The position numbers and the translations under genes are program-made. Below are positions 24,801-36,514 of a stretch of DNA of 64,000 nt, piece after piece (position 1 is the first letter of the stretch; the number at the start of each line of letters is the position of its first letter). The notes under the pieces are model-generated. The model saw only the letters and a list, made by a program, of their open reading frames with translations. It was not told where the DNA came from and did not search any database. This stretch comes from Macrostomum lignano (taxonomy: Eukaryota), in NCBI GenBank assembly GCA_002269645.1, contig NIVC01002341.1, positions 62,001 through 126,000 of the forward strand, written 5' to 3'.

Positions 24801-27800
24801 ATGCCCCCGAATCTGAAAGCGGCGGTCTCCGTGCTGCACGACTACGGCCAGCGCTCTACGCTCCATGGCCTCAGCCACATGCACCAGAGCGGGGATCCGT
24901 GGCGACGCGCCTTCTGGGTGATCCTGACCTTCGGCGGGTGTGCGGCCTGCTTCTACCACACCTACGCAACCATCTCTAACTACTTGGAGTCGCCAATCAC
25001 CAGTATCTTTAGAGACGAGGGAGTCTCGGCCACTTTTCCCGACGTGACAATTTGCAATTTGAAGCCAGTGTCAGAGACGCTGCTTCATACGCCCTCAGAG
25101 CGGAGTCTGCTTTTCCAGCACCTGGAGAACAACTGGAATTTCTTTCGCAACTGGCTTCCGGAGAAGCGAAAACGACGATTTAATGAGACGCGAGTCGATT
25201 ACAAGCTACGCCAGAGAGACCTGTTCAAAACCTACATGGATGTGTTCTGGGCTACGGACGACACGCGCGACTTTGGCCAGAGCGATCTGCACATGCTGCT
25301 CTCGTGCGTCTACAAAGGTCGCCAGTGCAACAGCGACAATCTAAAGCTGATCCAGCATAATCGCTACTGGAACTGCTACACGTTTTTACCAACCAACGGC
25401 GATAGAAGCATCGATAGTAGCGATCAGAATAGTGGACTGAAGTTAATTTTATTCACCGACTCAAACTTTGATGACGATCGACTTAACCAACAGACACTTT
25501 ACGAGCGTAAAAAAAGCGCAGATGACGAAATGCACCGGCCGTACGACCTGGAGGAGTATCTCAGCGTCGGCGATCGCACCATGAACCAGGTTCTCACCGG
25601 GAACAGCTGGGAAGCTGAGGGTCTGCGAATTTTTGTCCACCGAGAAGGCCAACACCCGATGACAACTGGCCTGGCTTATGACATCTCGAGTGGGGCCTCG
25701 ACAACCATTGAGTTCTCCGAGGTGCAGGTGAACGCGTTAAACATTCCTCCGGAGCATGTGTGCCAGGAGAAGACACCAGATGAGATACTCTACGTGCGGT
25801 TCTTTGGAGATAATTCAACGGGAGTCGGGTTTAAAAATTACAGTCTCACGCAGTCGCTAGCCGTAATTGAGGCCAAGCAACGCATGGTGTACGAAACCTG
25901 CAGCTGCTATTCGCACCTGCTACCGTTTCGTCACAATACGTCGACCTTGTGCATGTTTGCGCCGCATGGGGAACGGCATGAACCGTCTCGAGCTCTGCTT
26001 GATCGGATGAACTGTCACGATGCTGCCTACCAGGAAGCGGAAAGTCGGACCGCCGACCTAATGCAAACCATGGAAGGTTACACACCATGCAACAATTGGA
26101 AACTGCATGCCACAAAGACTGAGGTGTCCTGGCCAAGAAACGACGAACTAATCGACTTTGTCAACTATATTGTCCTGCCGCGCTTTACTGAACCGAAGGA
26201 ATACAAATCATCCAGACTACATCATCTGCTCGGCAGTTCTAATTCGAGTCGGGGACAGTCGGTGCTTAAAAACCTTTTCAACGCAACCTGCAAGCCTGGT
26301 GGTCTTAATAGCAGTTTAGAAGACGCCTGGTGCTTGTCAAAGCACAAGTTGATCACTAACGTCGCTAGAGTGTGGATCAAGCCGGACTCACCGAGGGCCG
26401 CGGTGTACATGGAGGACTACAGCTACGACTGGCCGGAGGCTCTCAGCGAAATTGGAGGCATCTTCGGTCTGTGGATGGGTGAGACAGCGGTGGGCTTCAA
26501 CTTATGCTAATTATTTTAATAATTCTCTCAAAAATACTATTTTAGAGCACTTGTTATGTCTTCTGCTCCGACGTGGAGCTGCTACATTTAAGTAAGAAGT
26601 CAATGGTTCGCTTAAGCGGTTCGAGCTATCGCATTGCTCCGGTTGATACAAACTCCTCTTGGGATTCATCTTGTAACTACTTTATTATAAAATAATAGGT
26701 TGTGCCCTAGACAACAAAATATTGGGCTGGGGGGCATACTCTGTGTCTTCTCTGCTAACATACAACAGCACTGCAGATTAAATTTGTTCGAAGTTGTTAG
26801 AATGGTCACTGCTGGTACCATCCATTAATGGTATAGCTACAAGTGAAAGCAGTTAATCATGGCTTTTACCAGAGACGTTAAAATACTTTATATAAAAATA
26901 CTTGGTAGATCAATTATTGTGCAGACAATTGCGCATTATTGCACGCTAATTGATCTTATTGTCTATGGTAAACTTGAAGTCTTCTCCACAGTTGGCTCTA
27001 CCAGTCGTCAATGGATAAATAATCAGCGGTCCCAGTGCGTGACAACGATTGTCTATGGCTCGCGCCGGCGCTCGCCAGACAATCGTTGTCACGCACTGGG
27101 ACCGCTGATTAGCGCCGGCGCTCGCCAGACAATCGTTGTCACGCACTGGGACCGCTGATTAGCGCCGGCGCTCGCCAGACAATCGTTGTCACGCACTGGG
27201 ACCGCTGATTCTTTGCATTGTTTTTCTGTTTGACGATCCTACAGACAATGCATTGTTTGTAGTAATGGATTGTTCTGCATTAAAAATGTGAATAATGATC
27301 GTCAAATTGCTAAACAATGTGATAGATGCACGGCTTAAGAGTGCAATAATGACTAGACCACAAGTGCGCTTACCACAATCTACAAAATGAACTGCCCAAT
27401 CTACAGAGTGAACTGCCCAATCTACAGGGTGAACTGCCCAATCTACAGAGTGAACCGCCCAATCTACAAAGTAAACTGCCCAATCTACAAAGCGCACTCG
27501 TGGTCTAGGCATTATTTCACTCTCTAGCCGTGCACTATCTCCCCATTGAAGCACTCAAAATCGACAATCTAACCTTTTAATGACGCTCGTTCTAATCGCT
27601 ATTAAGTTTCACAAAATTCAGTACGAATTTTTTTGTAGTCGTTGCCTTGTACATCGAATGCTTGATATTAGCCTTTATAATACCGGCACAAACTAACCCA
27701 ATCAACCTTCACTGCTCTTCTTGCATGTACGCTCGTACAGGCTTAGTCGAGACTACTTTCCTTCTTGTTTTGGTAGATCCATTGTGCATTGGGCTCGTGA

Positions 27801-29050
27801 TGGAATGCTTTTAATGTAAGATAAGAATAAAAAGTAGCGAATGCTGTTCAGATTCAAAAAAATCCAATTTATTTTAAGCCAGGAAAGTTCATGAGAGATT
27901 CCAGGTTTCTACCTGAAGCTATCTTATGACAAAGTAGCATGTATCCATTGCCAGACACGACTCGCCCTGTTAGCTTATGGAAATTTTTTTAGTAAGCTTG
28001 AATCCATTAATTCAAGAAGTTATTTAACTATAAGTCATATGCCTGAAATAGTAATAATAATGATAGTAATAATAATATTAATAATAAGAGTGACAATAAT
28101 AATAATATTTGATTACACCTACCCCAATAAGTAGATGTGCAACCGACAGCTCAGCCGCAGCTATTTGCGCAGCGCATCTGAAGGCTGCGTACGGCTGTTC
28201 AGTCCAAGGACTGGGGGTCGCCATGCACACCCTCAATTACCCCAGCTAATGCTGGCACCCATTTTACAGCTGGGTGAACTGAAGCAATGCAGAGTTAAGT
28301 CTCTTGCTTAAGGACACAAATTGTTCTGAATGGGTCGAGAATCGAACCCACGACCTTACAGTCATGAGTCCGACGCTCCAACCACTAGGCTACAACCACC
28401 TGCCCTTAGAACACAATGTTAGAGTATGTGTATTGTATAAGCGACCTCAATAAATTTATATTTTAGTTGAGCACAGACCATTCATTGGACTCCAGTTTCC
28501 TAAAAGATGAGATGACTCTTTGAAGCTACCATTTCTGAAATAATTCTTACTGGATACTTTGATCCATAAATTTACGAAGTTTCAATGCTTCCTAACCAAT
28601 ATTTTTCATTTTACAACTGCAGGCATCTCTCTGCTAAGCGTGTGCGAATTCGTCGAACTAGTTTTCATCCTGTTCAAAGCTTGCTCAACCAAGGACTCGG
28701 ATGACAGGCGGTTGATGAGACTTCCGGGAGTGTGCAGCGGTGGGGCAGGTGCAGCGTCAGGGCTAACGGCTGGCGAGTTGGAAAATCTTCTCCGTCAAGT
28801 GCTGGTTAACCAGAGCTTGGAGGAGGAACAGGAGCTGGCAAATTTCTGGGCTGCCAGAGGCTTCAAGCAGCAGCAAAGTTTAGATGAAAGTGCGGAACTG
28901 CAGACGACTGCGGCTGAATACCGGAATTCACCAACCTACAGGCGTCCAATGCAATTTAGTCCGCCGCAACAGCAACAACAGCAGCAGCAACAGCAGCAAC
29001 AGCAGCAGCAACAGCAGCAACAGCAGCAAGAAAAGCAACAGCAGAATTAG
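24801..29050 (+). CDS. DEG/ENaC family sodium channel subunit, 2 exons (24801-26478, 28623-29050), poly-Q tail
   Basis: STLHGL (HG motif) plus TM1, FPDVTICN, NCYTF, Cys-rich domain, EIGGIFGLWM|GISLLSVCEFVEL (GxS filter split by a phase-1 intron). CAG/CAA run at ~28966-29045. Confidence 0.92.
27021..27210. repeat. 34-bp inverted repeat whose right arm is tandemly amplified as a 50-bp unit
   Basis: Left arm 27021-27054 is the exact reverse complement of 27077-27110; units at 27111-27160 and 27161-27210. Confidence 0.9.
27380..27490. repeat. 20-bp minisatellite (AACTGCCCAATCTACAGAGT-like)
   Basis: About 5-6 tandem copies in the ENaC intron. Confidence 0.85.
28094..28400 (-). mobile_element. 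tRNA-derived SINE with CORE-like central domain and (ATT)n tail
   Basis: Minus strand: A box TAGCCTAGTGG, B box GGTTCGATTC, then GTGTCCTTAAGCAAGAGACTTAACTC...CTTCAGTTCACCCAGCTGTAAAATGGG resembling the MIR CORE consensus; ends ATTATTATT. Confidence 0.8.
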
Positions 29051-31554
29051 TAAAATAAATTTACTTGTTAAAACAAAAAAAACTAAAAGTGCTTCCATAT
29101 TTTCGTGGGTTCAAGAACTATGATATAACGTTATAGAAGGAACTGGATATTGTAACTATTTTCGCCACAATAAGTAACAGACAAAATAAATGTGAACCAG
29201 TTGCGATGGCGCATATAGTCATTGAGTCATTGAGTCTGTCGCCAACAATTTCTGAAAAATAAACGCAGATAAATTTCATTACTGAGCCTAATAATAGTAG
29301 TAGTTCCCGGGTTATTCCAAGTTTCATTGTCAAATACGAGTAACTTTGGCCAAAGATCGCAGTAAAAAATCAATTTAAACAACTTAACTTTTCATACACT
29401 TCAAGTATAGATTTCGTAATTGAAAGGAAGATTGTCAGTGTAATGCTCCACTAATGTTATTGATGATGGTCGGTCACCGTGCGAACACAGAACGAATGAA
29501 AAGCTCCAGACTCTTCAAAATTGCACAGCATTTTCGATCCTCTAGATTTCATCCGAGTTTGGTAATTTGACAGTTTTTTTGGAATAAGGATAAAGCATCG
29601 AGGGAATTTGATTGATTTGAGAATTCGTTTTAAAGTTTCTTGTTATAACTTTGCATCCTGAAATTCTACATACATGTAGTATGCGCTATATCGCAATCTT
29701 ATTGCTAAACTTCGAAAAAACTTGGAAAATGTCCAAGTTTCATAATATAATTACTTTTTTTCAAATAGAGAAAATGCATAATGAAATTTGTAGCTGAATT
29801 ACTGTTGACAAGTTATTTCATTAGATAGTTATTCCATTCTCATAAGATAATTCAGGATCGACATCAGAGCTACGAGTATCAGTAATTTTTAATGGAAGAA
29901 TACTACAGCCAAAGCCCACCAGTCAAAATCACTATTCAATAAGTTCACTACTTGCTGTGGACCATGATTCTAATCGATTTTCGGTGGAAGATGTCGAAGA
30001 CACTCTTCAAGACCAGCTGGATCGGCGTGACCCGTAAGTGCAGGTGCAAATTTAAAAAATTGAAAAAAAAATCTTGGGCACGTTTGATGACAGGAGTGGG
30101 CATCCAGAGGGCTCGTATATTTGTGGTAGATGGGCTACCACGATGATTTAATTTTTCTAACTTTGAACTACTAACTCACCGGAACACACACCTTTGTCGT
30201 CCCGTTCTTACGTCTGGCCCCCACGTCTGGCCCATCCTCTGGCCTCTGTCCGCCATTCTCTGTCCTGCATGTTTGTTGCCCCATTTTTGTTTCTCTTTGC
30301 TTCCCATCTGTTGCCCAATGGCCTGCCCCATCTTCTGCCCCAGTGGGTGCCCCAATGCGACGGCAATAAGTTGTGCATGCTCATATATAATCACCGTAAT
30401 GAACTTTCTGTTACCGACTCTTGGTCTGGCTGTTGTTTTTATTAACTTTTGTTAACCAACTTTTACTCATCCCGCACCTCGGCTCCGCCGGATATCTTGC
30501 TCGTAGCGGCTCGGCTGAAGGCGATTATTAAACCAGAAAATAAACAACGAACTCTACTACTTATTCATTAATCAATAAATTAGCCAATAGCATTATCTTA
30601 AATACTTTTCCCGCGGGGCGTACGAGCTAAAACAACCAATTGTTCTCAACTCTAAGCGAGCTCTGAAAAACTACCATTCTGTAATGCGTAAATTACGGTG
30701 GTGGCAGCGATACGCTACTCTTAGTAAGCTTCAACGCATATCGACGTACATTGAACTCCGGTGTCTGTGGACCCAAACTTGAACGACCGTGCCTATTTAC
30801 GACCGCTCGACCGCGACTTCAACTACCATCCCCCCCCCCGGAATTGAGGACCCCGGCAGACGGAGTAACCCTGTAGAATTTTCTTGAGATTCGAATGCGC
30901 GATCTTCCGGATTAATTCGTGCGAACTCAACGCAGGCGGCAATACGAATTTGCTAGCTGCCCCAACTTCCAAATTTGTTCCGCAAATTTGGAAAATTTGG
31001 AAAACCACCTGCACTTCATTATTTATACTACGTCATGTATGACTCATCGTATGCCATAAGAATTAATTAGTCCACGACAAATAAATCGTAAAAATATATC
31101 TTTTTCTAGAAGTAAACTATCTTGGATTTTTGTTTATATCACATGATAATCAATTCATAGAAACTTTATCAAAAATGTTCAATACGGTTTAGTTAAATTT
31201 GCACGCAAAAATATAGGTCAAAGTAAGCACTGCTTTATTTTCTTACTGTACTTTTGTCTTCTTTCGTCTAAAACTTTTGGCACTGCATCAAAATAGGGGT
31301 TAGTGCCAACTAAATACGCTAGAACATGTAGGTACAGTATGAATTAGTAGGTAAAAGGCATATATGTAGAGTACAGAGATGAGTAGTCGATATTCTCACT
31401 CTGCAGGTAACATCCGTAAAAATGTTTCGCTAAAGGGATACATTACATGCTCATCAAAAAAGATTATATCGTCAAACTATTTCTGCATGGATTTAAAGCG
31501 TTTGTGTTTAGCCAAAAAAATTGACACAGTATTTGCTTTAATAAATGGAACAAA

Positions 31555-34500
31555 TCAGCGCCTTTCCACCAGTTGAATCAACCGATCCAACTTCGCTTCA
31601 ATGTCGTTAATCTGTTTTCGTCGACGTTTCGACTGCAGCTTCAGGTTGTCCAGCTTTGCTTCGATGCCCCTCAAATCTGACCGCTTTGAAGTCGCCGCCG
31701 ACCGAGTCCGGCCCAGCGAATCGATGCCTCTCTGCACAGCCGCAAAGTTGTTGTCGGCGCGAGCGTGCACTCCGTCCGGGTCGCTGTTGGCGTCGACAAT
31801 TCGACGAGTCAGATTTCTTCGACCGAACCGTCGGAACTGTTTGGCTTGAAACTTGAGGAACTGGATGTACACCTTCGGGTAGTTCGTCTCGCTGTGCCAC
31901 CAGTTCTGAAATGTTGATTAGGGTGCTAATATCTTTTCAGCGAACGGTATACTATTTCTATGTTGTGCATTGCAGAATCAAAACGGGAAAATGTGGGCTA
32001 ATGGATCATTTTTGCGCGTGGCTAAATTATACGGATATTTATGACGTTCCTCTGTACATTCATTGCCAAATAATCGCAGTAATAGCTTCTAAAGTGATAT
32101 TTAAGTCACCCAAATTGCTCCATTTGTAAAATATGAGAACCTAGCAACTAGTAATGGCTATACTTCTCATAGTTTTCAATGGAAACCTGCAATGGCACGG
32201 AAGTATTTCACTTACGCTTCTCTTGCCGCATTTCCAAATTTTCAGTAGGTCACTTCGAAATGCCAAAGCCACAGAAAGAAGAACGAAGTACATCGAATTG
32301 ACCAGATAGAGGGGCGACGGCACTACGCTCATCCGGTTGCACTCAACCAGCATGTCGAAGTACATTCTTCTCCAGGCTATCTTGGACTTGCTGGCAATTT
32401 TGCTCACTCTCAGGCTGAACAGTGCAATCAGCAGATTAACCATGACGATGTTGACCAGCAGAAGGAATACAAACATGAAACAGTTGTAGAATGCATCACT
32501 GCCTTTGTCATAGGCCATGGAGCCGATTTCATACCCAGTCAGATTGGTACTGTTCACGCTTTTGAACTGAATCCTATCAAAATTTGTGAACATTAGCTTC
32601 AGAGGTAGCGTAAACACCTGGACAAGCGACAGCCAGTAGTTCGCACCCGCGGGAACAGGGAACAGCAAGTGAAAGAAGAAAATCCCGAATGAATATATCA
32701 CAATCAGAATTATTGACAGAAACGGTAGCAGATCCAGAAGTAACAATTGAACCAGCATCATAACCATGGGCCCCGTCTTCTCGAAGAATGTCAAGAAGGA
32801 AATCAGTCGAATTCCCCATACAAGAAAGCAGGTGGCTGCCAGCATTCGAAAGTAGTAAAGTCTAAAGGCCAACGCGCCTGCACAGCCAAAAACAATGACA
32901 ACGGCATTAGCAACTTCTAGCCAAGAGAATGCTCTGTTGGTGCTGGAGAAAGGCAGAGAAGACCTGGTTAGAAGTCGGAACGATAACTTGACGTAAGTTG
33001 AAATTCCGTAGAAAATGAATATATACAATGTTTCATACAAACTGTCGAACCCATTGGCCAGTGGAGTCCCTATACTAACCAGGGTGAGTAGAATGAGCAT
33101 AGCCACGTCTGAGAGGAAGTTAGAAAAAAACTTTACTCGAGGTGAAGCAGCTGGATATCTCTCTAGCCAAATAATACCGATATCCTTCTTGACGTTGTCA
33201 TCGTTAGGCAGCAGATCCCTAGTCAGGCTGCTGTGCCGGTTCTTCCACTCCGTGTCGGCCAGTTTGGTCATGCACTCACTGACAAACAGCTCGTCACAAT
33301 CAGCTTCCAGCAGCAGTCGCAGCACTGTGCACGGCTCGATAGCATCTTTCTTAGTCTCGCCAAACATGCCCCGCAGCGGGTGCGCACAGGTAAAAAGTGG
33401 ACCGCTGTTTTCTGGCTCCATCCGGCCGCAAATATAGTCGAAGAGCAGTTGCTGCTCATAGGCGCTGGCATTGCGAAACATTTCATCAATAGCGTTGAAT
33501 GCGATGCATTTGAGCTTCTGTCTCAGTTCCTTAATCTCCTCGCGCTGCTCAGGAATCTCCTTCAACTTTCGCTTGAGCTCAACTAGCACTTTCAGACATG
33601 TAGGAATTAGCTCGAACTGTCTTGTGAGCACTAGGTCCGGTATGATCTTGAATTTATTGAGAAACAACGCTGTCTCAATGATGGACATCTCTGTTGCCTG
33701 AGTAAGATTTTCAGGATGTAAAATCGATGCAGCCAAGTACTCAGTTTCCAGGCTGATGAAGCCCATGCTTATTGCACTACGCAGAATCTCAGGTGCGTCA
33801 AGTTCAATGGAAGTGACAAGAAGGTTTACACCTGAGAGTGCTCTCTGATGTTGCTTAGGGACACGCGCTGATACACTGACGGAGCTCAGAACTCTGTTGG
33901 CCGTCTCCCTATCAGGCAGATCCAATGCTCGCTTCGGCAAGTCCAGAAGTCTCAGCAGGTTTGTCTTTCTACCACCGCCATTTAAAAATGCTTTCTCAAC
34001 TGCGCCATCCTTTCCACTGTTGCAGGCAAAGTCGATCGGTGTGGGTCCGTCATGGGTCGGTGAGGACAGCGACAAGCCCTTTTCAATGAGAAACTTGATG
34101 TTGCCCTCGTGACCTGCTTGACACGCAAAGTGAAGACAAGAAGCTCCTCTGTGAGTTCCTGACGAGACTGTCAGTGACAGCAGTTGGGATGCTTCGATGC
34201 CAGATAAGCAGGCAAGTGGCTCAACAAAGTCTTTCAAGCGGTACCTGGTGGCAGCGAGATGAACCGCATGCGTCCCGGTTGAGCTGTGAAGCATCGCCTT
34301 GATCATCTTTCCAACATTGTTGGTGTCCGCAGCCGCTTCTAAAATTTGCTTCAACAAGTTCTCTCGAATTTCGCACACTTGAAGACAAGTCTTACCAATG
34401 CTGTTCTCAGTTCCTGGATTTACTCCGGCTTTGGCAATGAGCTTCAGCGATTTGATAAAGGCTTCTATGCCGCTAGTTGCCGTAGTGTTCATGAAGAGTG

Positions 34501-36514
34501 CGTGCATCAGGGTGTTGCCGTCAGCGTCAACGCGAGTCATTTCGTCGCTTGATTTGAAAGCCTCGAGTGCAGCCACGTTCCAGTTGAAGCTCGCATAGAA
34601 AAGCGGGTTTCTCCCTGATGCGTCCAAGGATTTCAAGGACTTATCGAGTTCGCCAAGGAAATTTTCCTTCAAGAAATTGTAAGACTTGGCGTTCGCGAAA
34701 GCAAGATGCGCCACGGTTTGCTGCTTGTTATTTCGCCAGAAGATGCAGTCACTCGCGAGCTTCTTCACAGCGGCATCAGTGAAAGTGAGCATGCCCCGCG
34801 AGATAGCGAGGTGCAATACTGTGTTGCCTGCGTCATCTGCGGCTTTGAGAACAGCAACCCTGGCAGCTGGTAGCAGCTCCAATAGAGTGGCCTCATCTTC
34901 ACGGTGTGCCAAGCAATGCAGCACTGTCTGACCCAGTTTGTTCTGCTTCAACAGGCCTTCTGAGCCAGAAATCCTGAGTGCAGTGAGAAGTGCTTCTGAA
35001 CAGTCTGTCCTATGGGCCATGTAGTGCATGCACGTGTTTCCAGAAGTGTCCTGCAGGCTGACGCATGCGGTATTCATTGCATTCAGCAGTCGCAACAGCA
35101 CGCTTGACTGGCAGTGCACCGACGCCAGATGTAATGCCGTCTCTGACTTGTTGTTTAACCAGCAGGGGCATCTGAGATTTCTCAGCAGTGCTACTTTATG
35201 CTTATCTAACATGGCGTTTTTCATAGCCTGCCTCTCAGCGTACTCAAGGACAGCTAACATTGCGTTTTCATTATTTTCGTTCATAGCGGCATAGTGCATC
35301 CACGTGTTTCCATCCCAATCAACCAGGCCAAACCTTTGGGCAACTTCCGGGTTCAAAGGCAACTCTGAAGACAACCTGAGCATTTGTTTTATGGTATCTA
35401 CTCTGCAGTTTTGAAGCACCAGCTGCAACACCGATTGCTTTTTGTTATTTTTCCACCGAAAACTCTTTGGAAAAAACTCAAAAGCCCGAAGTACAGCCTC
35501 GTCTGCACCTCGCATGGCAGCATAGTGAATGCTGGAGTTTCCCTGCTGGTCTTTCGTTTTAAGATGCTTCGTGAGACAGCCACTGCGTGTGTGACCAATC
35601 TCTAATAAAGCCGGTATTCTCTCTGGACTGAACTTTTCAATCGACATGTGCAGCATTGTTTGTCCAGCGGAGTTCGGAGCAAACAGATCACTGCAACTGG
35701 TGGGTGTTGAGTCAACCAGCAGACTCAGCACGTCCTGGTGCTCTGTGTTTGAGGCGGCATAGTGCGCTATGGTGTTTCTGCGTGACGTCTTCAGCGTCTT
35801 GAGCAGTTTGGAAACCATTTCACCGCTATCTATGATGTCAGAGAGAATTTTTCTCACGGTGCCAGTAGAATGGCAACCAAGCGAGAGGTGGAGCGGCGTG
35901 ACCGACTTGTAGTCTTCTTTGAGCAGAGCTCGAGACCCGAACAGTCGCAGAATGTGCAGCAATGTGGACTCTCCATCGGTGCTCATCGCTGCATAGTGAG
36001 TTGCAGTTCGTCTGCTTTTATCGTGAACATGCTGACCCGAAAAGTCATCGGGTATTTGCATGAGCAGTTCATTGGCTTCTGAGAATCTACCAACTTTTGT
36101 CAAACGAATAATTCTTCTCATAAAGTCCTTCTCTGCACACTCTTTGAGCACCTCTGCGGCCTTGTGCGAAGTGTCTGTTGAATCTTGATAGTCGCTTGAA
36201 GAATCCTCACGAGCATTCATAGTAGTGCCGTCTTCTTGGTCCAACTCGGCTTCTGAGTCGCTACTGTCGCAGTCCAGTTGAAGGACGGCATTGGATTTCA
36301 CATGCAGACCAGATTGATGAAGTTCAGTGGGTTTCGGCAGCTGTGCTTCATAATCTTCACCGTCTCGCTGATGAAACTGGGCTGACGACTTTTTTTCAGC
36401 GAGGCTTTGCTCGGTAGAGCTGCCGCCAATGAAGTTCGCATCGACGTCTACAATTGGCAGCTCCCTGATGTTGTGGCTGCCGTCACTGCTTCCACTTGAT
36501 AACTCATCCGCCAT
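31555..36514 (-). CDS. Ankyrin-repeat TRP cation channel (~18 ANK repeats, 6-TM domain, TRP-box region, C-terminal coiled coil)
   Basis: Single ~4.3-kb exon 36514-32216 plus last exon 31905-31555 (phase 0). Many (N/Q)TxxHxAA ankyrin motifs. S4-S5 GPMVMML..DLLPF; S6 NLLIALFS; post-S6 WRRMY...VPSPLYLV; heptads GIEAKLDNLKLQ..IEAKLDRLIQL. Acceptors near 36540 suggest an extra upstream exon. Confidence 0.88.

Noticed and set aside
238-27060. Recurrent TGTCTATGG motif (238, 299, 427, 701, 14296, 26960, 27050)
   Set aside because: Occurs within TE-like fragments; no evidence for anything beyond a repeat-borne motif.
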